Part shown: piece after piece, positions 38,701 to 51,300 of the stretch
Numbering within the stretch: position 1 is the stretch's first letter
How the letters are laid out: every line of letters begins with the position of its first letter
Source of the DNA: Magallana gigas
Lineage: Eukaryota
Reading direction: 5' to 3'
Length of the DNA: 64,000 bases
Assembly (NCBI RefSeq): GCF_963853765.1
Contig: NC_088860.1
Span: 22,878,001-22,942,000, forward strand
Translations under genes and position numbers: made by a program
Notes under the pieces: generated by a model
Seen by the model: only the letters and a program-made list of their open reading frames with translations
Database searches by the model: none
What the model was told of the DNA's origin: nothing

Positions 38701-40495
38701 TTGGTTATTCCACAAGGTGGTCGATATGTTGAACAGTCTGTACACGTGCTTTGACGAAAGGATAGAAATGTATGATGTGTACAAGGTGGAGACCATTGGT
38801 GACGCCTACATGGTAGTGTCAGGTACGTACTTACTGTGGGAAGTTAGAATTGTATAATTAAAGTGAAAGTTTCGGATGACCAAAAGGACCAAAGTCCATG
38901 TTTATCGCTTTTTGTGTTCTTAAGAGCGAAACTTTCGTTTATTCCTCTTATTAAACAAAAAAAATTGACGTTTTGTTTGACATTCATTTACATGTAAAAT
39001 ACAACAACAGGTGTTCCGAGGCATAATGGAAAACAGCATGCCTCAGAAATAGCAAAGATGGCGTTTGACCTCGTTAGAAGACTACGACATTTAGAAATAC
39101 CGCATCTCCCCGGCATAAAGTTCACTCTCCGCATCGGCTGCCACTCTGGTAGGCATTTGTTTAAAAATGGCTCCCTTGTTATGTTTGATTGTTTCCCTGT
39201 TATTCTGCAACTACATATATATAGTTACTGTCGTCCTTTTCCTGCTTTAGGCACAGTTGTTGCAGGAGTGGTGGGAAACAAGATGCCGAGGTATTGTTTG
39301 TTTGGGGAGACTGTGAGTGTTGCCTCCAAAATGGAATCTCTCGGAAAAGGTAAGCTGTTCGAATCCGATTTAAAAATGTCCATAAATATAATAATTTTGC
39401 GATGCCAAAATGTCATTTGGTATTAAAATTGAGCAGCTGTATAGGTTATTAATTATGACTTACTATAACATGTATTATTTATGCAGCCAACAAAATACAC
39501 TTGAGTGAGACTACATACGATATCTTGACATCTATTGGAGGATTTACAATGCATGAAAGAAAGGATAACATAGCCAAGGTGTGGATTTAATAGCAAAATC
39601 TAGTATTCTAAAAAATATTAGGATAAAGCCCTTTTTTAAAAATAGAAATCAGTTTAATGCTTTGAATGTTCATTACTGAATATAGTATACCTTTATGTAC
39701 AGAACGACCCGGATCTACAGAACGCATTTAAGGGAATCGTGCGCACGTACTGGCTGGCGGAAGTGGACGGCACGGAGCCGGACACCGACTCTGTGCAGAC
39801 CGAGCCCGAGGAGCCGCACGAGAGAGTAGCAGGTGAGGCCCAAAACGGCGCGAGGGGAACGTGCCCAAGCTCGATATTAGCCGCGGGTCCGTAGCTCCTA
39901 TGCGTAAAAATTTGGTAGATCAGGGCATAAACCCGAATTTCTCAGTACAGCTAAAAATCTGCATCTAGCTCGACATCTGCTTAAAGAATGTAAGTTATCA
40001 ATAGCTACTTAATAATCAATTTTATATTTTTTTTTAGGGGGGGGGGTGTCTAAAATATTTTTTTCTTGCATAATTTTTTTTAAAAATTATCTTGGGGTGG
40101 GATACGGAGTTTCGGTTATCATATCATAAGTATCATGGTTCATCTTTAATGATTTTATCATAAATTTTTTTTTTCCAAAGATAGCATGGTTTGACGTGAA
40201 ATGTTTTTTTTCTCGATAATTTCCGGAGAGTACGGACATATGCGAATTTAGTTTACAACACCACATTTAAAATGACACACATAATTACATGTATTAAAAT
40301 GTCATTTTCATGTAAAAAACAAAAAAAAACAAAAAAACAAAAACAAAACCTCCTGTGCATAGTTGTAGAATAACATGATAATAAAAGTTGTTAATACCAT
40401 CGATTAACAATATCTTAATTGACATATTCCTCTGATACATTTTAATGGTTTACCTTTATTTTTTTTCAGGCTCCAAAAGTTTCTGGCTACATTAA
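32737..40495 (+). CDS. NIT-domain membrane guanylate cyclase, copy 2 (663 or 675 aa)
   Basis: Exons 32737-32902, 33270-33432, 34051-34935, 38282-38468, 38717-38822, 39011-39148, 39251-39349, 39487-39578, then either 39703-39832 plus 40470-40495 or read-through 39703-39894. Intron phases are the same as copy 1 and internal exon sizes are identical (163/187/106/138/99/92). NIT, TM and cyclase motifs are shared, but the catalytic segment reads [17 protein letters not shown]. Confidence 0.92.
35200..38243 (+). mobile_element. pogo-family (DD35D) DNA transposon in NIT-GC2 intron 3
   Basis: Imperfect TIRs: left TAGTCGTGCGTGCCCTGTAGTCGTGCGC (35200-35227), right GCGCACGACTACTGGGCACACGAGGA followed by TA (about 38216-38243). 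An extra GCACGACTAC subterminal copy lies at 38021. Confidence 0.78.
35336..37701 (+). CDS. pogo transposase: psq-type HTH + CENP-B/Tc5 HTH + DDE_1 (DD35D) + C-terminal PHD finger (about 611 aa)
   Basis: The frame is open from the AG acceptor at 35880 ([15 protein letters not shown]...[22 protein letters not shown]) to TAG at 37701. A probable first exon is 35336-35350 (MRNKQ followed by gt). The triad is NVDEKG / LLLDGHRSH / LQPMDVG with 35 residues between D2 and D3. The C4HC3 motif runs CCICK...[13 protein letters not shown]...CPHC. Confidence 0.88.
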
Positions 40496-41464
40496 AAATA
40501 CGATATTCGAACACAATTTGCGTAAAATCAAGACAACATAATACATGTATATAACAAGATCAGTGTTGTTTGTATAATTATGTCCTCGCTTTGTTTATAT
40601 ATGTAGTGATGGATCTGTTTGTCCTCGTTTTTAACAAGTGCGTTTAAAATGCTTACATTTGATGAATTTTTTTCTCTCCACAATCGGATTTTTTTCTTCA
40701 GAATTTTCATTATTTACAATTACTATAGTATGATTTTATAAAGTTATTTCGAGCAGTTAACTACAAATTGAAATTACCTTTTTTTGTATATGTCTAGCTA
40801 AATGATTTTAAGCTTTGTAATTTTTTGATATTAAGAAAAGCAATTAAATTTGGAGGGACTTTCAAATTATATGTATTAACTTCTTTGTTTTGTTTTTTTT
40901 AACTTTTATATTATTATTTGTATGCGTGTTGTAAGAATTATCAAAACCTTTATAAGGTACATTAATTTGGAAGTGTATCTCCGTTAAGATAATTTTCTTG
41001 GTTATACAAGAATTTTTTTTAAAACTATGGTTGTCTTAACTTATTCATAGATGTACATTTATGTTTTGTATTCATTGTGTAAAGTATATGAAATAAAATT
41101 TTGTTTCAAAACTTGCATTGAAATCGGTTGACAAGACTTGATCAAATTTTTAGAGATTTTAAGACATTAGTTTACCAACATATTTAAAGACACCGTCGAA
41201 CGTGGCCAAATGTAAAGATCATTTTATTGTACAATACAAATCGTCCACCCTTTGGTTATTTTTTCTCATATAAACTAACTCATTTGTAGTTTTTTGAATA
41301 TTGAAAGACCTCTGTCAGCTCTCACGACTGTTTCGTTCGGATCTGATATCCCGTATATTATAGTTTTTGTGAACATCGCAGTCTTTATTTTTTCACTTGC
41401 CCTGGTATATCCTCAAAATATCCACGTCACCCAACCATGGCGTCATTTCCTAACTGTTGTGCAT

Positions 41465-41937
41465 AAACTAATATTTGCATCTACCAAGTATTATTCCCTC
41501 TATTTCTTACGAAAACTTATAGTTAATTCATAGCTCTATAGAAACAGTCAGACTGAAATATACACGCCCTGTTTATCGATTGGTCTAAACCTTCAGCGAC
41601 CTCAAAAAATCACGGACTACACAAAGTTATCATGATGTCAGACTCAAAGTCTCACAGCAGACGATTTGGCTGTTTCTTCTAGCTAACCTACTTATGTACA
41701 TTAACAGTAATTTAGTGATTTTTACTTTTTTTCCTAATCAATTTATTGAATAGTTAAAAGAGAGATGTTAAACAATATAAACAATAAAATGCTTTCTTTG
41801 ATGATTCATGCGGGTTATGAAGGTAGCGATCATTGCAAAAAAATTACATAACCCGCGTTAGCGGGTTATGTATTTTTTCTGCAATGTCACTACCTTCATA
41901 TCCCAAATGATTCCCCAAAGAAAGCATTTTATTGTTT
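41465..41937 (-). mobile_element. Non-autonomous element with terminal palindrome, copy 2 (inverted relative to 20634-21185)
   Basis: Palindrome at 41779-41937 centred on ACCCGC-GTTA-GCGGGT (41851-41866); spacer and body are homologous to copy 1. Confidence 0.72.
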
Positions 41938-42760
41938 AATGGAGGAATTTTCAAATGTTCGTGAACTTCGACAAAAGCAATACGTTATATTATTTTGATG
42001 TTGTAATCTTCCACACACCTAATCAACTAGTCATAGCTAAAAACACAAAGCTTTTATATTATTACCGACATTTTTATTGAAACCAAGAATAGCCCCTATA
42101 ATTTTGGGAGAGTGTGGGGGTTAGTGCCTCGAAAAATAACTCTTCGTAAACAAATTATTTAATGATTCATCAATAATTCATACATATCATCCTGCAGTTA
42201 AATAAAGTAGGTCAATGATAAAAGAAGTTTCTTACTTTTTTATTTACGAATGTCAAAATAGGCTGCAATAGAACCTAAATAATGGAATCTTGGTTTTTTA
42301 GCGTCCATCCCAAAAAGTATCATTTGTCTCAATTTTTAAGTTTTAGACTACCCGACGGATAGTTAAAGAAATGACAATTGTTCCATTTTGCAACATCACA
42401 AGTTTATAACTTCAAACATTTCAAAATTATTTACTAAAATCAAATCTACTTAGTAGATACATGTATATACATGTAAAATGAATAGAGAAAACTATTTGGA
42501 ATCAAATTTGATGTACAATTTCCACCTCATATCACATTAAATATCACCAACCGTGAGTCGTTCCTTATCGAATATCATTAGTCTGACGTCACGGGTCGTC
42601 ATCAAACGACTTTACTCAAATAGTTAACGCCCGTCTTTTCATTTGGTTTTAGACGCTCTCAGCCGTCATGAACACAATGGTTATAACTTTCATAAAACAA
42701 ACAAACAATTTTCAACTGTAAAGGGCTGAATTGAACAAACAAATCTAGATTGAGGAAACA

Positions 42761-45034
42761 TCACCTCCGCCATCTTTGGTCTCCTCGTATACAAACTTCC
42801 GGTTGTCTCCACCATGCTGCAATATCGCGGATAATGAGCTCTGGCTTATTGAGGTCATTCAACATTGCACATAATCTGCACCAAAATTTCGTGTCTATGA
42901 AATCTCCAGTTCCCTTCCATCTAAAGTAATCGTTATAAAGTTCATCATTTTTGTCTAAAACTTTTAGATAACGCGCTAAATGCTGAGGAGATTCAAAATC
43001 TTCAACGTGTATGAATGAGTTTGGCGGGGCGGATCTTGCATAGTCGTCTGGGTGTGCACCCATCGCCACCGGAACTACGTCATTCCTGTTAATGGAAGAG
43101 ATGCAGAAAATCACTTTTCTTAAAATATCAAAATGGTCATAATTATTATGATTGTAGTTTGACATTATACCAATTTAACAATTCTAACGAAGAATCCCAA
43201 CAAAACCACTTGACTACATTCTAATCAATTGCAGGGTTATTGGGCCACAGCAAAATTCCTCGAAGAATTAAGAACTTTGCCAAAACTTCCCACAATAAAT
43301 TACAGTCATATTTAAAACATTTTTTTTAGGAAATGACACATGAAGGTTTAGTAAGGTGCGATTGTACATGTGCACAAATTGTAATTTATGGCCTTTACAG
43401 CCAACCAAATCAACTTTACTTTTAAGATTTTTTGAAGTACTAAGAAATGTTTCTACTGTTTTCGATGCATTCACATACATGTATAGGTCTAAAAGACAAT
43501 GCATTCAAAGTCAGATTACATACAGATATATAAGCAATTTTATTTTACACATATAAATGAGAATTTTTATTTACCCTAGAGAATAACTTTCTATACCATT
43601 TATAATAATTCATTAGTAAATGAACGAAAAGTATGTTTCCTAAATCTTTAACAACAGATCTAGATAGTGGAGACACGATATTAGCAGAGCAGTTGAGTAA
43701 AATTGATATCCTCAATTACTCTCGGATTTCTAATCAATTGAGTTTCCGAAAGCACTTGATGTAAGCCACTCTCTCGAGTCTCTATAGAATGCCTAATTGG
43801 ACTTCTAGAATGTCTCGTTCACTTAACAAATATGTGGGACATCCATTCGAAGAGTTCTGAATGATCAAACCAATTTCACTGGGGATATGCGGCAAAACCG
43901 TTAAATGATTGGAAATGATATAATTCTTTGCATTATGATTTTCTCTTGAAATTGATACATTTCATGTGCCCTGAACATTTGATTTAATATCGAAATGAAA
44001 ATGTTGCTGCCAACATTAACCTCGGTATCTCATCTTTTTGGGATAAATTTACAGACCTATATAAGAGTAAGATGTTTTCTCATATCAACAACAGAAAGGT
44101 GACTATCGATCACTTACATTAGTGCGTTTCTGAAAAACTTCTCCGTGATGTAGTCTCTACAGTTTGAATTTTCAAAAGCTAGATAAAACTTATAGTCCTT
44201 CTTCAGCATCTCGAAACACTCCAGCTCCGAAGACCTATCGCACTGATGGTGTCCACAGGCGCCATACACATCGACCGTCATGTATTTTTGTAACTCGCGA
44301 ACATACCCCATTCTATTGTTACTGGTCTCACAGTTGGAGACAAATATAGCGGCCAGTTTCTTCTTTCCCGACGCATAGTTTTTCACGGACAAAGTTTGGT
44401 TCTTTTTTTCCTCTTGAAATGCATGCCATTTTTCATACGGTGCTACGATCGTAGAATCATGGCGATAAGTCGCAGTCCAGTTGAAGACCTCACCCAACAA
44501 AGTGTAATCAATCGTAGCCAATGGTCCTTCCAAAATATAGAGGATCCAAATTTCACCTGGGTTTCTTTTGAACAAAGCTAATTCACTGTAACTTATTTGA
44601 ATATTGAAAAGCCTTGCATCGGCTTTCAATGACTTTGAATCGTCGCGATGTATTTCACAATTTTTAATCGGACATTGGTCTTGGATAAATTTCTCTTGCC
44701 CTCTTGGAATGTCAAAATCTCCGCTTCCAGATATCAAAATAATCCTATTACGAGACAAGTCGACTTCCGGTCTGTAAGTAATCTGCTGATAAATTCGATC
44801 TTCACCTGATGTGGCGTCCCACACAGAAGTCAAGTTTGGTGACGTCTCCTTGCGGAGCACTTTGACCACGTCTCGTGCACTTCCGCGAGATTTCACGGGA
44901 ACACACGGAACGGCTTTAGACAGCTCCCTCATTTGAAGTGAAGTGCACCGAAATATCGAAGAAAAATTTATGACACAACTGGCTATTATAAATACAATGA
45001 CAACAAACAGAAAATATCGATAAAGTCTTTCCAT
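42761..45034 (-). CDS. FucTA: Glycoprotein 3-alpha-L-fucosyltransferase A-like (GT10), 413 aa
   Basis: Exons 45034-44118 and 43085-42761 (phase-2 GT-AG, 1242 nt). It has a type II TM anchor (YFLFVVIVFIIASCV) and GT10 motifs FNWTATYRHDS, VSNC, YKFYLAFENSNCRDYITEKFF.NAL..DVVPV, SFIHVEDF.S...LA.YL..LD.ND.LY..YF.W. An upstream coding exon cannot be excluded. Orthology to insect FucTA is by resemblance only. Confidence 0.9.
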
Positions 45035-48000
45035 CTTGGGGGAAACCCTAAAATGTCGACTCCTCTTAGATAACACCAAGGTCGTGTCACATAGTTATGC
45101 ACTACCACTACGCTTGATAACATTTTCTTAAACAAACGATCCTATATGAGGACAGATAAGGGGATATTTTACAATTATTTGACTATAGAGTGCTTTACCT
45201 TTATTTATAAAAAAAACTGAGAATAAGCTTGATATTCCGCAAAGTATGCATAGTTGAAAGTTTTGTTATTATCCTAAACGTTCACTCTGTATATGCGTGT
45301 ACTTGAAAATATAAATATCGATTTGAAATCTCATAATATACCAAATGTTGACATCGTTTCTAGTTTCAAACTACACTATACTATCCTAGCACCCTAACAC
45401 CACAACTTGGATGTATTTGACAAGTATGTAATCTATTTAATTTCTCTTTATTTGTTCGATTTCACCCTAAATTGTTTACCGACATGAATTTCTTTAGAAT
45501 ACAGTAAAACTCGGATATAGCGAAGTCCTGGAGGACCTGTGGATTTATTTTACTAATTTATAAAAGTTATTCGGATAAACTTTATTTGGTGGTGGTGGGG
45601 GGGGGGGGGGGAGGGGGGATATGCGTCTAAATGTTTTTGAAAAAGAAATGAGCAAAGTCTATATGTCTTGTTAGTTGAAAGATAAAAGGCACTTAATCAT
45701 TCAGGGCCCCATGCTTTCAGGAAAAGGGTTTACGATTCTTCAAAAACATTTTTATACTGTCCGTTACCTGGACTAAAGGTAAAAATGAGTAGCCTTAAAA
45801 CAAAATTATATTTATCAATAAAGCAATCATATTTGGGAATTGACAATCCATGTTCATCCCCCCTACTGGCATACCCCATTTATTTAGGGATCTCGTATTT
45901 CTGTGCTAGATGCCTTTCAATTAAGGAAATCCGGATTAATAGATTTGTGTTTTCAATTGATTTAGAATGGGGCACTAAACTTTAAACCATAATCAAAGTA
46001 CTGATAGTACTGAAAAGCGCTAACACAGCTTCTGTTTGTGTATAAAAAATATATGTATATAACATTTTAGCTTCTGTATACGCGATATATTTCCTCATCA
46101 CTGCGTGGCAGCCCCTGCAATGACGTATGTAAGCCACGTACATTAAATTCACAATAGCCCATACTAGCCCGAGCAGTTATGCGCACAAACTCCTGAAACT
46201 GGTTCCCTAACCAGTTTAAATGATGTAAACTTCTGCTCATAGGGGGCGGTTATTCGTTGCACCGGAAGTAGAAGTCTAACGACAATAAAGCGCTGAGCTA
46301 TGCTTAGCGCTTTAAAAAGGAGACAATACCTGAACTATACCAATTCTACATACACACTCTCTCTCCAAAAGACATTTCCATTAAGACTTTAGAAGAGTTC
46401 ATTGAAGAGAAAGGTCCTCGCCTGTGTTGGACAGTCTTCACCCCTTCCCTTGAATTTTATTTTCATATGGTTTGAATTAGTTTGTGCGTATGTGGGATAT
46501 TTCCACCCTTTTCGACAGCTTTTTGTCACAATTCAACTAATTTTCAAACTATCATATGATCCAAACATTTCAAGGATGTCTAAAGACCTGTTTTATGTTT
46601 TGAAAACATATTTTACTCTTTGATTTAAATAGAAAAAAAAAGGTTATCTAGCTAGCTACCCCCTCCCAATCTGCGATTCAAAAAGCGTATATGCATTTAA
46701 CGAAACTATCATTTCGGGTAGGAAGGGAAATCTTTGAACAAATTGTAAACTCAAGTCATCACGTAGGAAGAAAATTGTAAAAATGTGGCTTTTTTGGCAT
46801 ATTTGGCCCCGCACATGAGTCCCGGGTGGGGTGGGGGTGTTAAGGTAATTAAGATTCCTCTTATCTTGTGTGAGATGCTATAAACTAAAATTGTTAAAAA
46901 TTGGTCTTGTACTTTGTAGTTTTCAAAAAGTTTAAAATGTAAAATTGTAAACGTGTAACCAGACAGCTGTCTTGGTCGTATTGTGAACTGCATGTAGATG
47001 AAAAGGTGATGAACAATAAATTGCTGTATTAAATATTATCAATTTACTATTTGCAAAACATTTCACCAGTTTAAAAGTCAGGATTGGGAGGCTAAAATAT
47101 GAAAGCGTCTCGATAACATTTTAAAGCTGCATATTACCGCTTTTAGCGTTGCTGGAAACGCGACCAAAACGATCTATACATGTATAAGTTATAGCAGAGA
47201 CATACATGTATGTCTCCGGTTATAGAAGAAACTGTCTGCAAATTATACAGTTTAATCAATTCAGACGCATTTTAAAATATTCACTACATTTCCAATTATT
47301 TTTTACTAACGATCCAATCTGTAAATGACCCAGTTTGAATTGTTATGTAAATATTTACGATTATACCAGACGGTCTGAACCAATCTCTGTTAATAGATGC
47401 TTAATCAGATTAGATTTGATACCAAGGGTCAAATAAATCGCTGTTTAACACCAAATTGGACTTACTCATTTTATAGCTGCAGGTCTGTAGCTCCCGATCT
47501 GAAAAAATTCGGATGGACAACCTTGGTCGTCCACGACGCACGACGAAAACCAATATCAAAAGTCATTTAAATTAAACAAATTACCGGTGAAAATCTTCAC
47601 TTTTTCTGGAAAAATATTGACACAAATTGAACCATTCTGTTCTGTGGAATCACTTGAATTAGCGGTGGCTTAATTTTCGTGGATTTGGTGGGTATTCCTC
47701 ACCCAATAATTAATATCACAAACGAATTATGATGTACATGTACAGTATTTATTATATCAATAAAAAGTGAATTAACAAAACTATATCTTGTATTTTTTTG
47801 TATATTTTTTAAAAATATTGTTTGAACAAATAATTTTCCAAAATGCACCTAGTTGACACTGATCAGTATGTACCCATATACATTAGTCCTGAGATTTGGT
47901 AAATCATCTTGCAAAAAGCTTAAACTCAGCATATTCATATACATGTATACATGTTGTACATACTTGTACATATATACATTCATAAAGTACACCTGAGGCT

Positions 48001-48337
48001 TGACATGACACTTTACAGGTATAAAAAGGCACCTGTATAAAACTAAAAATACTGTTCTGTTATTCGATTTCTTTGAGAGACTAGGTTATCGTAAGGCATA
48101 AACACAAACAACATTAAAATGTTACACAACTACCGGAATGTTTACAAAAATTGTATAGGTTTGTTAACTAAAATACTGCTCTGTAGAATACATTGTTATT
48201 TCTTTTCAAAGAGGTTACCATATGGCACAAACACAACACACAAAAATGAATCACAACTCTCTGAAGTTAAATATTATTTTTGTTAAAATGTAAGTGTACA
48301 TTTACATTTGTACACAATCATGTAAATCAAATGACAG

Positions 48338-51300
48338 TTAATTTGAAGAGGACAAATCAGTTGTAGCAATAATGGCTTCTGTGGCCTCCCACAGTTTCTT
48401 ACACAGTCCCTGGTCGTATGCTGACCCACTGATCCACCAGGTGTGGTCGTATACCTGACTATCAGACAAGTATTCACCCTGAGCATTCCGCATTTCCTCT
48501 GAGACTGCTGCATACAGTGTTGTCTGGGCACCATCCCTGGGCGTCTGTCATAGCAAAGAGGAAATATATGTAATGATTGACATTTTTGCTTGTTATTACA
48601 TATTTAAGGACAAATGACTGGACCACAGATTTTAAATCTTTGTGAGGGATACATTTAATAAAATGAGGCAATCAAGGGACTGACATATCATCTTTGGTTT
48701 GAAACTGCAGCATTCTTTATGGAAATTGCTTTATTTATAGTTATCTACTTCACAACATATAGTTTATATTTGTCTCATTCAACTTTTGCTGATACAAAGA
48801 GCTAATTAAAAACTGCATGAACTAAAATGGCCAATTCTGTTTCTGTTTAGTATCTTAAAACTGTTGTATTTTGTAAAATTTCAAACCGGACAAATTGTCA
48901 AAATTGTTTTCCTTTTACATACAACTAGATGAAAATAATAATTGGCATATAACTCTCCATGTACAAGGCCTACATTTGATATGGCATTTTGAATAGTATC
49001 ATATTAAATCAAATTTTCCATGAAACATTACACAGCGGTTTGTCTTTCACAATAATCTTAATATTAGTCATCACTGTCCTAAAGCTATTTATCTATAATG
49101 TCACTAAAATGTGCTTATTCCTGCAATTTTACAAATAAATGAAAATATTGTAATTTTTCCATCATATTTTGCCTTTGGAAATATAACGCGCAGGTCAAGT
49201 ACAACTTTCACACATGTTTTGTTCGTATAATTATACACATCATAGTTACAATGGTACTTGAGCAAGCCTGCGCTCAATATTTTCCAGTTGAAAAATTGTT
49301 GGAAAATACCCATTTTTTTGCTAGAAAATATGAATTTATCAAATTAAGACAATCTCAATAACGTCATTCTACATTATGACATCACTGTGGTGACAACCTT
49401 TAACTTACATACTTATTTTCAATATGATTTCAACTATCTTTAACCTTATTTTCAAAGCTCTCCATAGAACTATACTTTTTGGGGCGAGAAATGCATAATC
49501 CTTTGTTCAAAATTCTGTTCATTGCTTATCTTGTGTTGTATACTGACCTTAAAGAACATGGAGAGGAAAGGTGTGAACAGCTGGTTCCCCCAGAGACCTC
49601 GGAAAATCTCTGTCCCAGCAGCCCCAGGGTGCACACAACAGGTAGACACACCTACAACATTTATATGTGGGACAGCCTGAAATACACTCTGACACCACCT
49701 TCTCAAAAAGGTGAGCTTGAGAAAGCATCATATACCATTCACCATAACAGTAAAAGATAAAACAATGAACATGCTTAAAATGAATTCATGCTTACAGTGA
49801 AGTCAGATTAATTCCCCTTACAAGATTGTATTATAACAATTACTCATGTAAAAGATTACAAATAAAACAAATCACTTGTGTATGTTGCTTTGCTTTAACT
49901 GATTTTTACTGTGCACTGTTCAATAAATCATTGTTACACACCTGCAAATTAAGTTTTCCATAACTTCATCTATTGTTCAGTGTTCAACAATTAAATCATT
50001 GTTACACAAAATATTTGCCCTCTTTTTATTTTTGCCCCCTAAGCCCTTCAAATTGTTTTCAGCGGGCCAATTCCAAAATCTCTCTTTAAATACAACTGTG
50101 TCTAAGCGAATTCAAGATTGGAAGAAACTGTTTGCAAGTGAAGAGGGGCAATGATAACACATGTTGAAAATAACCATATATACAGTATCATACATGTATG
50201 TTTATCTTTATGCTACAGTTTACCGGTTCCTTCCAGCCTCCTAGCAAGTTCTTTGGTAAACAGAATATTCATCAGCTTTGTGTTGCAGTAGGATGAGAAG
50301 CCATCATAGTCCTTCTTGCCTTGCAGGTCACCTACGTCCACTTTCCCGAAAGTATTCATGATGGAGGTCAGATTTACAATTCTGCTTGGAGCAGACTTCT
50401 TTAGCAAATCTTCAAATTTGAAAAAAAAAAAATTCCCAGGAAATATGTATATGTTATCTTACAACAATATTCCACAATTCTTTAGGAGTAGTTGTTGGAA
50501 GAAAAGAAATGAATGCTTTATAATATTTGATGTTGTGCTCATGAAACATTTTTAGAGCTTTTGTCGACAGATCTATCGGCTGATGCACTAGAAGTGCCCA
50601 TTATAACATGCAAGAGGGCTGGGTGGTTGGGACCATTTTCAGACAAATTGATCTCCTTGAAAAAAAAGCTCTATAATAAAGCTATATGAGCTGCAATTTT
50701 CACCTTGCGCTCATCGTCCATTCAGCGTTCACTTTTCGTTCAGTCAGATAATATCATATTTAGGCTGATAACAATACATACATGTAGTTTATTTGCAATT
50801 GTTTCCCGATTACAGACAAAACACAATGTAAGGATAACTCCCGAGGCACTCCAAATAAATCATTTATCTTGCGTTCACATAGCATTCACCATGCATTCAC
50901 TTTGGACTCTGTGTTCGCTTACCATTCATCGTTCATAAGCGCTCACTAAATCCCGTTCAGCATGTGCTCACCGTTCACAAAGAGTGTGCTTACCATTCAC
51001 TAACTTTTCATATGGTAAAGTACAATTTTTCAGGGACTGTAGGAAAAAAATCTAATTTAAAAGCTAAAATACATTGAATTTTTCTTTACAAAACATATCA
51101 TATCTAAAATCATGAGATAGATCTAACGGGTAATTTGTTGACCACCCAGCCTCCTTAAATAATTGACTGAACTGCAATACAATCATTGTTTAACTTAGTG
51201 GATATGGTATCTTGCAATGATCGTTAAATATCCTCTTCAAAAAAGTTATAATTTGTTTTCAATAATTTAAAATTTTTAATCATTTTTCTCCCCATCATTT

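Noticed and set aside
46100-46320. ETS (ACCGGAAGT), GC-box and hairpin cluster as the FucTA promoter
   Set aside because: The hairpin AAAGCGCTGAGC-TAT-GCTTAGCGCTTT resembles a Helentron terminus amid decayed repeats, so a promoter cannot be distinguished from transposon sequence.
49995-51042. Decayed TA-flanked MITE remnants (ends at about 50187, 51042, 47747)
   Set aside because: Only single termini are recognisable, so boundaries cannot be supported.
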